NCBI RefSeq assembly: GCF_009914755.1
Contig: NC_060938.1
Reading direction: 5' to 3' (one strand)
DNA from: the human T2T-CHM13v2.0 reference genome, Homo sapiens
DNA: 64,000 bases
The translations under genes and the position numbers were made by a program. Position 1 is the stretch's first letter; each line of letters starts with the position of its first letter. The notes beneath the pieces were generated by a model. The model searched no databases. It had not been told where the DNA came from and was given only the letters and a program-made list of their open reading frames with translations. Below are positions 23,661 through 40,521 of the stretch, in pieces.

Positions 23661-24421
23661 AAAAAAAGAATAATGAAGAAATGAGTTGACAAGTACAATC
23701 GCTGAAAAAAAATCATTAGTGGGATTCAAAAGCAGTTTTCAGCAGGCAGAAAAAAGAATCAGCAAACTTAAAGGCAAAACAATTGAAATTAACAAATCTG
23801 AGGAACAGAAACAAAAAAGATGGAAGAAAACTGAACAGAGCCTAAGGGACCTATGGAACAACATTAAGCAGACCAGCATACACATTATGGGGATTCAAGA
23901 TGGATGAGTGAGGGAGAAAGGGGCTTACCAGAGCAAAGACTCATGAACACTAATAAGCGTGGGAAACTGTCAGGTAGGCAAACCTAAACTGTAATTGACA
24001 AATTGCTAGAGGTTCAGTGCAGACAACTATGAGAGTTAAAAACTTCAGGGAAACTCAGTCGCTACAATTTTGTGAAAACTGAATGGAACCTAAGGGATCT
24101 CTGGAACAAGTCCTTCGGAACAACCAGGTTCTCACAGTAAATATTAGAGGAAAATTCCCTCATGTTTCAGCAGGGAAGAGGAAAGGGAACTATTGTGAAA
24201 TACACCAGGGTACTCTGTTCTTCTTAATGAGCCCTAACCCGAGGAGAAACTACTTAACCTGAACCTACCCTGCTGGAGTATAATCAAATACTAACTTACC
24301 TAGGGGAAGGGAAATACCCAACTTCAGCTCACTGTAGCCATCTTCTCCCATGTAACAGGGGAGGAAAAATTGAGAAAAACTCGTGAAGTTCACTAAAAGC
24401 CTCACTAAAAGACTGAGACCT

Positions 24422-24708
<287 letters not shown>

Positions 24709-27244
24709 CTAATGATAGGACTATAGAATACTTCCCCACCCCCACACATCCCCACCACATTACTAGAGGCCTGTCTACAGCAGTTCCTTTTACCTGGTAT
24801 ATCATGTTTGGCTATGAAGAAAAATTACAAGGCATATCAAATGGCAAAAAAATACAATTTGAAGAGACAAAGCAAGCATCAGAAGTAGACATGGCAGGAA
24901 TGTTGGAATTATCAGTCTGGGAATTTAAAAATCATTGTGATTAACATGCTAAGTGCTCCAATGGATGAAACAGATACCATGCAAGAACAGATGGATAATG
25001 TAATCAAAGACATGAAACTCCTAAGAACCAAAAATAAATGCTAGAGATCAAAAACACTATAACAGACATAAACAGTGCCTTTGATGGGCTTATTAGTAGA
25101 ATGGACACAGCTGAGGAAATAAAAAACTCTTGAGCATGAGGATCTCTCACTGCATACCTCCAAAACTGAAAAGCAAAGAGAACAAGTTCTGAGAAACGAA
25201 AAAACAGAACAGAATATCAAAGAATTTTGAGACAACTCTAAAACGTAGAACATCTACATAATGCGAATACCCAAAAGAGAAGAACGAGAAAAACAGAAGA
25301 AATATTTGAAACAATGACCGAGAATTTCCCCAAATTAATGTCAGATGTCACAAAAACAACTATACCTAGACATACCATCTTCAAACTAGAGAAAATCGAA
25401 AATAAAAAATCATGACAGAGTCCAGAGGGGAAAAAAACTCCCTATCTATAGAGGAAGAAAGATAAGAATTACATTTAACTTGTCCTCAGACATGCATTTA
25501 AAAAATCAGTCTATGATTTGGGGCATACAGTATGTAAAGATGTAATTTAAGACATCAATAACTAAAAGGGGTGAGGGACAGAGTAGTATAAGAGCAGAGG
25601 TTTTGTATGCTGTTGAAGATAAGCTGGTATAAATTCAAATTATTACTTTAGGATGTTAAATGTAATCTTCATAGTGGCCACAAGGAAAATAGGTACAGGA
25701 TGTACATTAAAAAAATGAGAAAAGAATTAAAATATTTCACTAAAAAAAATTAAGAACAAATGAAGATAGTAATGTAGGAAATAAGGAGTTAAAAAGCTAT
25801 AAGGCATATGGAAAACCCTTAACAAAATGGTAGAATTCCCTTTTTGTCACTAATTACTTTAAGTGTAAATGGATTAAACTTTCCAATCAAGAGACAGAGA
25901 TTAATGGACTGGATAGGAAAGCATGATCCAGCTATATGCTGTCTACATGAGACTCATTTTAGATCCAAAGACATAAATAAGTTGAAAGTGAAAGGATAGA
26001 AAAAGATAGTCAGGCAAATAGTAACCAAAAGCGAACCATGGTGGCTATAATAATATCAAATAAATTTTAAATCAAAAATGTTTAAATATCTTAAATCCAA
26101 AAAGTTTACAAGAGACAAAGGATATATGTTACTAGAAGGTTTAATTCTGCACAGTAATATTATACTTATAAACATTTATGCACTTAATAATAGACTGTCA
26201 AAATAGATGAAGCAAAAATGGACAGAATTGAAGAGGAAAATAGACAGCTATGCAAGAATAGTTGAGGAATTCAATATGCCACATTCAATAATGGATAGAA
26301 CAGCCACACAAAAGGTAAGTAAAGAAATGTAAGAACTTAAACAACACAATAAACCAACTAGATACAACCCACATATATAAAACACTTCACCCAACAACAG
26401 TAGCATACACCTTCTGAAGTACACATGGGACATTCTCCAAGATAGAGCACATTAGGCTACAAAATAAGTTTCAATAGGTTTTTTAAAATAGATGCCATAA
26501 AAAGTATATTGCAAAATAGTATATTCTTCAAAGCATATTCTCCAAAAAGAGGATGAAGTTCGAAATCAGTGACAGAAGGAAAACCGGAAAATTTACAAAT
26601 ATGTGAAAATTAAACACACTCAAATAGCCAATAAGTTAAAGAAGAAATCATAAGGGAAATTAGAAAATATTTAAAAGTGAATTAAAACAAAAATGCAACA
26701 TACCAAAACTTCATAGCATGCAGAAAAAGCAGCACTGATATTGCTGTAAGCATTTAAAAAATAATTACATTTTTGAAAACCTCAAAAACAGCAGTCTCAT
26801 GTATAACTATAAGTTAAGAAACTAGAAAAAGAATAACAACCTAAACCCAAAGCTAGCAGAAAGAAGGAAATAATAAAAATTAGAGCAGAGATAAATGAAC
26901 TAGAAAATCAAAAAACAATAGAGAAAATCAACTAAGCTAAAGTTGGTTCTTCAAAAAGATCAACAAAATCACAAAATTTTAGCTAGATAGACTAAGAAAA
27001 AAAAAGAAACTCAAATTACTAAAATCAGTAATGAAAATGGAGTCATTAGTACCAATTCCACAGAAATAAAAAGGACTAGAAGAGTACAGCGTAACAATTA
27101 CATGCCAACAAGTTGAATAACCCAGACGAAGTGGACAAACTCCTAGAAACACAAAACCTACTGAGACTGAATCACAAAGAAATAGAAAATCTGAATAGAC
27201 CTATACCTAGGAAGGAGAATGACTCAGAAATTAACAACCTCTCA

Positions 27245-27545
27245 GCTGGGTACGGTGGCTCACACCTGTAATCCCAACACTTTGGGAGGCCAAGGTGGAT
27301 GGATCACTTGAGCACAGCAAAACCAGCCTGGGCAACATGGCAAAACCCTATCTCTACTAAAAATTCAAAAAATTAGCCAGGTGTAGTGGCACACACCTGT
27401 AGTCCCAGCTACTCAGGGGTCTGAGGCAGGAGGATCACTTGAGCCCAGGAGGTAGAGGCCACACAGTGAGCCCTGATCATGCGCACTGCGCTCCAGCCTG
27501 GGCAACAGAGTGAGACCCTGTCTCAAAAAAAAAAAAAAAAAAAAA
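27245..27545 (+). mobile_element. Alu (AluJ-like)
   Basis: Alu consensus with J diagnostics (ggatcacttgagcccaggagg) and a long A tail. Confidence 0.9.
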
Positions 27546-29254
27546 CCTTTCTATCTTTCTATTTACAAAATACCAGGACCAGTTGGCTTCACTGATGAAT
27601 TCTACCAAGTATTTCAAGAACAACTGACACTGGTTGTTTCCAAAATCTTTTCCAAAAAATTGAAGAGAAGACAACACTTCCTAACTCATTTTATGAATGG
27701 CAGCATTGGTCTCATACCAAAGACAGGAAAAACAAAACAAAACTGCAGGCCAATATCCCTTAATGAATGTTGATGGAAAAATGCTCAAAAAAAACCCCCA
27801 GCAAACTGATTGCAGCAACATATTAAAAAGAATTATACAAGGTGACCCTAGAATACAAGGATGGTTCAACATATGAAAATAAATCATTGTAATATACCAC
27901 AGTAGCAGAATGGAGGGAAAAAAAAACCCATGTGATCATTTGATGATGGGTTTTCAGCATCAATGGGTGCTGAAAAAAAATTTGGAAAAATTCAAGTTTC
28001 ATGTTAAAAACACTCAACAAACTAGGAAAAGAAGGAAACTACCTTAATGTGAAAAAGGCCTTATGTAAAAAACCCACAGCTCACATCATATTCAGCGGTG
28101 AAAGACTGAAAGCTTTTCCTTTAAAATCAGGAACAAGATGGGGATGCCCACTTTTTCCACTTCCATTCAACATAGTATTGGAACTTCTAGCCAGAACACT
28201 TAGGCAATAAACAGAAATGAAAGGTATCCAAATTGGAAAGGAAGAAGTAAACCTATCTTTTTTTTTTTGACATGATTATATATGTAGAAAACCCAAGATT
28301 CCACACACAAAACCATTAGAACTAATAAATGAATTCAGCAAAGTTGCAGAATACAAAATCAGGCTGCAAAAATCAGTCTTATTTTTATACAATGACAATA
28401 AACTATCCAAAATAAAATCAAGAAAATGGAATAGAAACAAGAGCCCAGAAATAAGCCCTTGCATATAGGATGTAATAATTTTCAACAAGGGTGTCAATTC
28501 AATGGGGGAGAGAATAGTCTTTTCAACGAATGGTGTTGGGAAAATTGGATATCCACTTGCCAAAGAATGAAGTTGGACCTTTGCCTACTGAATATAAAAA
28601 TTAATTCAAAATGGATCAAAGACCTGTACACAAGAGCTGAAACTAAAAAACTCTTAGAAAAAAACATAGGGGGACAGCTTCATGACATTAGATTTGGCAG
28701 TCATTTCTTGGATATGACACCAAAAGCATAGGCAGCAAACAAAAAACTAGATAATTTGGACTTTATCGATGTTGAAAATCTTTGTACATTGAACAAAGTA
28801 AAAGGGCAACCCATGGAATCAAGAAAATATTCACAATCACATATCTGGCAAGGTATTAATATTCTATATATATATATTTTTTTTAATTCCTACAAGTCAA
28901 TAAAGAAAATGCTATTTAAAAACAGGCAGAAGACTCAAATAGATATTTCTCCAAAGAAGATACACAAATGACTGATAACATGAAAAGATCCTCAGCATCA
29001 ATAGTCATTAGGGAAATGCAAATCAGAACCACAGTGATATACAACTTCACACCCATTACGTTGGCTGTTATCAAAAAAATAATAATAAATAAGTGGTGGC
29101 AGAATGTTTAGAAACATTGTGTATTGCTGGTGAGGATGTAAAACTGTGCAACTGCTATGGGAAACTATGGCATATCCTCAAGAAATTAAGCATAGAATTA
29201 TATGACCCAGGAACTCCACTTCCAAGTTACATATCCAAAAGAATTGAAAGCAGG

Positions 29255-29536
29255 GGCTGGGTGTGGTGGTTTAAACCTGTAATCCCAACACTTTGGGAGG
29301 CTGAGACAACAGGATCACTTGAGGCCAAGAGTTTGAGACCAGCCTGAGCAAAATAGACCCTGTCTCTACAAAACTTGTTTAAAAAAATTAGCCAGTCCTG
29401 GTGACACACACCTATAATCCTAGCTACTCAGGAGGATGAGGGAGGAGTATCACTTGAGCCCCGGAATTCGAGGTTACAGTGAGCTGTGATCATGCCACTG
29501 CATTCCAGTCTGGGCAACAGAGTGAGACTGTCTCTT
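29255..29536 (+). mobile_element. Alu (AluJ-like)
   Basis: Perfect 17-bp TSD aaagaattgaaagcagg (29238-29254 / 29537-29553). Confidence 0.9.
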
Positions 29537-30317
29537 AAAGAATTGAAAGCAGGGACTGTAATAGATATTTGCACGCCAATATTCATAACATCATTATTCA
29601 CCTTACCCAAAAGTTGGAAGCAACCCAGATGTCCATTGATTGATGAATGCATAAACAAAATGGGTTAAATACATGGAATGAAATATTATTCAGCCTTAAA
29701 AATTATTGTTAATTCTAACACTTGCTACAACATAAATGAATCTTGAAAACATTGTGCTAAATGAAATAAGCCAGATTATATAAGGACAAATGTGTGATTC
29801 CACTTACATGAAGTATCTAGAATAACCAAATGCATAAAGAAAATAGAACAGTGCTTATGAGTGGATAGCGAGAAGAGAATGGAGAGTTTTTGTTTGGGAT
29901 GATGAAAAAGTTCTGGAGATGGACAGTGGTGATGGTTGCACAATAATGTGAATGTACTTAATGCCACTGAATTGTATACTTAAAATTAGTTAGAATGGTA
30001 AAGGTTATGTTATGTATATTTTACCAGAGTTCCTTTTATAGCTATAGGACAGGAAATGCAACATACATAAAATGTACATTTTCTTGAAACATTTCTGCAG
30101 TGTTTCAGGCCCAACTTCCAGACTCCAGTATGACAGGAGGTATACTGGGTTTCAAAAGACAAGTGACACAGATGGTGTGAGGACCACCTCAACACAGGAG
30201 AGCTGACACCTTTCTCCTTCTCTCACCCAACTTTTATATTTTCCTAAATATCATAGCTTCATAACAGATTTGTGATAGCTGGACTTATTTGTTATAACTC
30301 ATAAAATAGGAACTCTG

Positions 30318-32630
<2,313 letters not shown>

Positions 32631-32994
32631 TATGTTTATTTTAAATAAAAAATGGAAATAATATTTTTGAAGTAAAATGATTTATTGATGAAAAATACTT
32701 GAAACAGAAGATACTAGAATAATACTTTCAATGTGCTGAAAGAAAATAACATTTAATCAAGAATTTTACACTCAGCAAAGTTACCATTCAAGAATGGGGG
32801 AGGATGAAATGTCATTTTCCTACAAACAGAAATGGGAACATTTTATCACCAAAAGAACCTCACGTAAAGAATTTTAAAGATATACTCTGGCAGAAGAAAA
32901 ATCATCTCAGATGGAGAGTTGAGGATACAGGAGGGAAAAGAGAGCAAAGATATTGGTAAATATCTGAACAAATCTTTTTTAAAAAATTGACTAT

Positions 32995-33337
32995 TGTCCT
33001 GGTCCATTCTGCTGCTGTAACAAAATACCTTAGACTGGGTAATTTATAAACAACAGAAATTTATTGCTTACAGTTCTGGGGGCTGGGAAGTCCACAATCA
33101 AGGTGCCCGCAGATTCAGCGTCTGGTGAATGCTTCAAAGATGGCCCTTTCTTGCTGCATCTTCACGTGGTAGAAGGGGCAAACTAGCTCCTGACGGCTTC
33201 TTTTATAAGGGCACTAATACCACTCATGAGGACAGAGTTAATCACCTCCCAAAGTCCTCAACACTTTATACTATTGCACTGGGGATTAGATATCAGCATA
33301 TGAATTTGGGGTAAACAAAAACATTTAGACAATGGTA
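32995..33337. mobile_element. MaLR solo LTR (MLT1A/MST-like), inserted in an old L1M fragment
   Basis: 'gctgctgtaacaaaataccttagactgggtaatttataaacaacagaaatttattgcttacagttctgg'; 5-bp TSD actat (32990-32994 / 33338-33342). Confidence 0.85.
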
Positions 33338-33450
33338 ACTATATAAAACGATAAAAATAATGTCTCAATTATGGGAAGAAAAAATATGTTAGAATTCTTG
33401 AAAACAGCATGTAATTTGAGATACTGTGATTATAGTTAAGTATTCTAACA

Positions 33451-33730
33451 GGCCAGGCACAGTGGCTCACCCCTGTAATCCCAGCACTTTGGGAGGCTGA
33501 GGTGGGCTGATCACTTGAGTCCAGAAGTTCGAGACAAGCCTGGGCAATATGGCAAAACTCTCTTTACAAAAAGATACAAAAATTAGACCAGCATGATAGC
33601 ACGTGCCTGTAGCTACTCGGGAAACTGAAGTGAAAGAATCACCTGAGCCTAGGAGGTCAAGGCTGCAGTGAGCCATGGTTGTGCCACTGCACTCGCCTGG
33701 GGTACAGAGTGAGACCCTCTCTTAAAAAAA
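33451..33730 (+). mobile_element. Alu (AluJ-like)
   Basis: Alu consensus with A tail. Confidence 0.9.
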
Positions 33731-34159
33731 ATTTAGTCCTATTTTCTAGGAAGATATTAAATATTGATTATAGTTTTTTAAAGTTAAGTATGCATATTAA
33801 ACTTATTAGGGTAATCACTAAAAGGATGGACGGAGTATACAACTTCCAGAAATAGAGGGAAGAAATTAATGAGGAAAATACTTAAAGTAAGATAAGAAAG
33901 GGAGAAAAAAACAAACAAACAAAACAAAACAAAAAAAAACAAAGACAAGTAGAAGGCATATGTATTGGTTAAAAAAAGTTATAATACGAATTCCCAGAAC
34001 ATCTTCCACTTAAAATTTTCCCATAGAACACTGCTTAGTTTCTCATATTCAAACTTGATAAACATGTATACCTTCATGTTTATCTGAAAAACAGCTTCAG
34101 CTGATACATATGAAAATTTTATATTTATATCTGAAAAATTCAGTAAATTTTCAAAAAAA

Positions 34160-37100
34160 TTTTATTAAACTTTTAAGATGGTAATATAATTGTAGATTGG
34201 CATGCAGTATAAGGAATGATCCAGAGAAGTCCTGTGTACCCTTTACTAGTTTTTTCCAGTGGTAACATCTTACAAAACTATAGTACAAAATTACAGTTGG
34301 ATGTTGACATTGATAACATCATGACACAACAATTTGTTCATTCTTTCATTTGTTCATGGGTACTTAGGTTGACTTCATATTTTGCCTGTTGTGAATAGTG
34401 CTGCACTAAATGTGGGAGTGCAGATGTGTTTTTGATATACTGATTTCCTTTCTTTTAGATATATACCCAGTAGTGCAATTGCTGGATCATATGATAATTC
34501 TATTTCTAGTTTTATGAGGAAATTTCATACTGCTCTCCATAGTGGCTGTACTATTGCTTTTCTATTGTCATTGCCCTTTTATTGCCACACCACCTCTCTG
34601 TCACCCAGCCCCCCTTTCCTAAACTCTGGCAACCACTAATCTATTTTCTAGTTCAATATTTTGCCATTTCAAGAATGAATATAATTAGAACCATACAGTA
34701 TGTAGCCTTTTGGGATTGGTTTCTTCCATTAAGCATAATTTCCTGGAGATTCGACTAAATTGTTACATGGATCAATAATTCCTTACATTTTATTGTTGAG
34801 TAGTATTCCATACTATATATGCACTACAGTTTGTTCAACCATTTTCTGTTGAAGGACATCTGGGTTGTTTACAGTTTGTAATTATGATGAACATTACACC
34901 AAACGATGCGGTATCTAGGTTCCATGGCAGTTGCAGGTTTTCTGTTTAAATGAACTGTCAAATTATTATCCAGAGCAACTGTATCATTTTACAATCACAC
35001 CAACAATATATGAGTGTGTCTCCACACCTTGCCAGTATTTGGAGTTGTCACTATTTTTATTTTAGCCATTTTGATAGTTTTGTAAATAGTTTTAATTTGC
35101 ATTTCCCTAATGACTAGTAATTTTGAGCATCTGTTCAGGTGTTTTGCCTATTGTCTGACTGTGTTTTTTAGTTTTTTTATCCCTGATTTTTGAGAGTTTT
35201 TATGTGTTCTAGAAACCTGTCCTTCGTCAGATATGTGGATTGCAATTGTTTTCTCCCAGTCAATACATTGTCTTTTTTCCTCTTCACAGTGTCATTCACA
35301 GAGCAAAACTACTTAATTTCCATGAGGTCCAATTTATCATCTTTTTCTTTTAGCAGTTGTGTTTTTTTGATGTAAAGTCTAAGCACCCTTCACCTAGGCA
35401 AAGGTCCAAAGACTTTCTCCTGTGTTTTTTTCTAAAACTTTTATAATTTTACATTTTACCTTTAAATCCATTTGAGTTGATTTTTTTCTAAGGTGTGAGT
35501 TTAGGTTGAGGTGTTTTTTCGTTTGGTTGGTTGGTTGGTTTTTGTGTATGAACGACCACTTGCTCCAGTGCTACTTGTTTAAAAAAAAAAAAAAAAAAAA
35601 AAAAAGCTACCTTTCCTCTGTTGAATGGCTTTTGCACCTTTGTTGAAAATTAATCTGGCCTATTATTAGTTTAGTTCTAGTTCTGGTTTCTCTGTTCTGT
35701 TCTATATGTCTGTCCCTCTGTCAGTACCACATAATCTTTATCATTGTAGCTAAACAATAAGTCTTGAAATTGCATAGACAGATTCCTCCCACTTTAGTTG
35801 TCTTTTTCAAAATTTTTAGCTATTTTGGTCCCTTTTGTTTTCCATGTAAATTTTAGAATAAGTTTGTCTATATCTACAAAAAAATTGCTCAGATTTTTAT
35901 AGGAATTACATTAAATCTGGATGTAAATTTGGGTGGAAGTGACATCTTTTCCATGTTGAGCCTCCATGAACACATTATGTCTCTTCCTTTAGATTGTCTT
36001 TGATTTCTTTTATTGCAGTTTTCAGTATAAAAAGTCTGAACATGTTTCGTTAGATTTACACTTAAGTATTTAATTGTGTTTTCAGTTATTGTAAATGGTG
36101 TTTTATTATTAATTTAGGTGTCCACCTCATGTTCATTGCTAATATATATAGAAATACAATTAATTCTTGGATGTTGATTTTATATTCTACAGCCTTGCTT
36201 AATTGCTAGTACTATTAATTCTAGGAGGGCTTTTTCTTTTTTTTTTTTTTGTTTTTTGTTTTGTTTGTTGTTTGTTTTGTTTTATTCTTTGGGATTTTCT
36301 GTATAGACAATCACATCATCTGCAAATAGGGGTAGTTTTACTTCATTCTTTGTGATTTATATGCCTTTTATTCTTTTTCTGCCTGTTGTCCTAGCTAAAA
36401 CTTCCAGTGCTATTTTGAATAGCCATGGTGAAAATGGATATCCTTGCTCTTTTCCTGATCTTGGGGAGAAAGCACTCAATGTTTCACTATTAAGTATGTT
36501 AGTTGTACATTTCTTATAAAAGCTCTTTTTCAAATTAAAGAAGTCCATCCCTTAATTTCTACATTTTTTGAGAGTTTTTATCATGGATCAGTGTTTGATT
36601 TTGTCCGGTGAATTTCCTGTGTTAATTGATATGATTGCATGATCTACTTTTTCTTCTTAGATTGTTGATATGATGCATATGTTGATTTATTTTCAAATAT
36701 TGAGCTGGTCTTGAATTCTTGGAGTAAACCCACTTGGTCCTAGTATATAGTTCTTTTTACTTATTCCTGACTTCTATTTGCTAATATTTTAGTAAGGATT
36801 TTTATATCTATATTCATAAGAGATACTGGTCTATATTTTTCTTTTTTATACTATCTTCATCTGATTTTGGTATCAAGTTAATACTGGCTTCATAAAATGA
36901 GTTGTGATATTCCCTCCACTTTTACTCTCTGGAAGAGTTTATGTAAAATGTATATTAATTTTTCTTTAAACATTTCAGAGAATTCACTAGTGGAACCATC
37001 TGTCCTAGAGCTTTATTTTTCTAGAGTTTTTTTACTATAAATTGAATTTTCTTAAAAGTTACAGGGCTATTTATCTATTTTATATATGGTTAATGTAGTA

Positions 37101-37540
37101 TTTTATGCTTTTTGAGAAATTTGTCCATCTCATCTAAGTTGTCTAATTTATGTATATAGATTTGCTCCTAGTATTCTCTTATTGTTATTTTCTCGTCTTG
37201 AGAGTCTGTATTAATACGCCTGTTTCATTCCTGATATTGGTAATTTCCATCTTTTTTTCAGTCTTGCTTAAGATATTTCCATTTTATTTATCTTTTCAAA
37301 GAACAAGCTTTTTGTTTCATTGACTATCTCTGTTTTTCTGTTTTAAATTTCACTGTTATCTGCTCTTTATTATTTCATTCCTTCTCCTTGTTTGGGGTTC
37401 ATTTTGCTCTTTATCTAGTTCTTGAGCTGGAAGCTTGTTATTGATTTGAGACTTTTCTAATGTAAACTTTAGGAGCACTGATTTAGGTGCATTCCATGAA
37501 TTTGATATGTTATATTTGCATTTTTATTCATCTTAATGTA
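34160..37540 (-). mobile_element. Old L1M (L1MC/MD-like), antisense; probably continues at ~43820-44130
   Basis: T-rich antisense ORF2 relic (36357-36548 minus strand: AFSPRSGKEQGYPFSPWLFKIALEVLART). Confidence 0.65.
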
Positions 37541-40480
37541 TCTTTTTATTTTTTGAGATTTTTTTCTTTTTTTTTTAATCTATCTAACACTAGGTCTTAT
37601 TTCTTCTATCAAACTTCATATGTGCCCATCAATCAACTTCTCATCTTTCCCTCCTCCCCACTACCCTTCCTGGCCCCTGGTAACAACCAATCTACTACCT
37701 ATCCTCATGAGATTCACTTTTTTAGCCCCCACATTATGAGGGAGAACTTGCGACATTCTTCCTTCTGTGCTTGCCTTGTTTCATTTAACATAATGACTTT
37801 TAGTTCCATCCATGTTCCTGCAAATGATAGGATTTCATTTTTTAATCAGTGAATAATGTTCCATTGTATATAGATACTGCATTTTCTTTATCCATTTGTA
37901 TGTTCACTGGTACTTAGGTTGAATCCATATTTTAGCCATTATGAATAGTGCTGCAGTAAATGTGAGAGTGCAGATGTCTTTTCAATATGTTGATTTCCCT
38001 TCTTTTGGATATATATCCAGCAGTGCAATTGCTGGATCGTATGGTAATTCTATTTCTAGTTTTATGAGGAAATTCCATACTGCTCTCCATAGTGGCTCTA
38101 CTAATTTACATTTCCACCAACAGCGTACAAATGTTTCCTGTTTTCCAAATCCTTACCAGCATGTGTTACTGCCTGTCTTTTTGATAAAAAGCCATTTTAA
38201 CTGGAGTAAAATGATATCTAATTGTAGTTTTGGTTTGCATCTATCTGATGATTAGTGGTGTTGGCCATTTGAATGCCTTCTTTGGGAAATGTCTATTCAT
38301 ATAGTTTGCTCATTTTTTAATTGAATTATTTGTTGTTTTTGTTGTTGTTGTTTTCTGTCAAGCTATCTGAGCTCCTTAGATAGTCTAGTTATTAATCCTT
38401 TGTCAGACAGGTAGTTTGAAATGTTTTCTTCCATTCTGTGGGTTGTCTCTTTGCTTTCCTGATTGTGTCCTTTGCTGTGCAGAAGCTTTTTAGTTTTGTA
38501 TAACCCCATTTGTCTATTTTTGCTTTTGTTGCTTGTGGTTTTGAAGTCTTAGACAAAAATCTTTGCCTGGAAAGATGTCCTGGAGCATTTCCTCAGTGTT
38601 TTCTTCTAGTAGTTTCATGTTTCAGGTCTTAGATTTAAGTCTTTATTTTGATTTGATTTTTGTGTATGGTAAAATATAGGGGTCTAATTTCATACCTCTG
38701 CAAGTGGATATCCAGTTTTCTCCACATCATTAATTGAAAAGACAGGTCTTTCCCCATTGTTTGTTTTTGGCACCTTTGTGAAACATGACTTGGTTATAAA
38801 TACATGAATTTATATTTGAGTTCCTTATCTTCCCCATTGGTCTCGCATATCTGTTTGGTGTCAGTACCATGTTGATTTGGTTACTATAGCTTTGTAGTAT
38901 ATTTTGGAGTCAGGTCATGTGATGTGATACCTCCAGCTTTGATTTTTTTGCTCAAGATTGCTTTGGATATTAGGCTCTTTTGTGGTTCCATATGAATTTT
39001 AGGATTGTTTTTATATTTCTGTGGAAAATGTCATTGATATTTTGATAGAGATTCCACTGAATGTCTAGATTACATTGGGTACTATGGTCATTTTAACAAT
39101 ATTCTTCCTATCATGAGCATAGAATATATTTCCATTTTTTTATGTGCTCTTCAGTTTCTTTCATCAATGTTTTATGGTTCTTCTTGTATAGGTCTTTCAC
39201 TTCTTTGGTTGAATTGATTCCTAGTTATTTTATATCTTTGGAGATATTATAAATGGGGTTGCTTTCTTGATTTCTTTTTTGGATTGTTCACTATTGGTAT
39301 ATAGAAATGCTACTGCTTTTTGTATGTTGATTTTGTGTCCTGTAACTATATTGAATTTGTTTATCAATTCCAACAGTGTTTTAGTGGAGTCTCCAGATTT
39401 TTCTAACTATAAGGTCATGTCATCTGCAAACAAGTCTACTTTCACTTCTTCTCTTCCAGTTTGAATGCCCTTTGTTTCTTTCTCATGCCTAATTGCTCTG
39501 GCCAGGACTTCCATTTTGAAAAAAAGTAGTGACAGTGAAGATCCTTGTTTTGTTCCAGATCTTAGAGGAAAGGCGTTCAATTTTTTTCCTTTTCAGTATG
39601 CTAGTAACTGTGGGTTTGTCATATATGGTCTTTATTATGTTGAGGTATGTTCCTTCTATACTCAGTTTGAATGAGGGTTTTTATCATAAAAGCATGTTGA
39701 GCTTCATTAAATGTTTTTACAGCATATATTGAAATAATCATAGGGTCTTTATTCTTGGTTCTATTAATGTAGCATATCACATTTATTGATTTGCATATGT
39801 TGAACCATCCTTGGGATGAATCCCACCTGATCATGGAGAATGATCTGTTCAATGTGTTGTTGAACTTGGTTTACTGACATTTTCTTGAGAATTTTTGCAT
39901 TTGTATTCATTGGGGAGGGTGGCCTGGGTTTCTCTTTTTGTTTTATCCTTTTTGGTTTTGGTGTCAGGGTAATGCTGGCCGCATAGAATGACTTTGAAAG
40001 TATTCCCTCCTCTTCAATTTTTTTTAGAAAGTTTGATTAGAATTGCTATTATTTCCAAACTACCATCAGAGATACTATAAATACCTCTACACAAATAAAC
40101 TAGAAAATCTAGAAGAAATGGATAAATTCCTGGACACATACACCCTCCCAAGACTAAACCAGGAAGAAGAAAAGAATGTGTATTCTGCAGCAGTTGGGTG
40201 AAATGATTTGTAAATATCAGTTAGGCATATTAGGTCTGGTGTATAGTTTAATTTGGATGGTTCTTTGTTGATTTTCTGTTTAGATGACCTGTTCACTACA
40301 GAGAGTGGAGTATTACAGTCCCCTACTATTATTGTATTGCAGTTATCCCTTAAGATCTATTAATGTTTGCTTTATATACTTGGCAGCTCCAGTGGTGGGT
40401 GCACAGATATTTATAATTGTTATATCATTTTGCTGAATTGACCTCTTTATCATTATATAATCTCCTCCTTTGTCTATTTT

Positions 40481-40521
40481 TACAGTTGTTTACAGTTATG
40501 GCTACAGTTGTTACAGTTACA
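40481..40521. repeat. Short ACAGTT/ACAGTTGTT tandem expansion
   Basis: tacagttgtttacagttatggctacagttgttacagttacagttgttacag... Confidence 0.75.
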
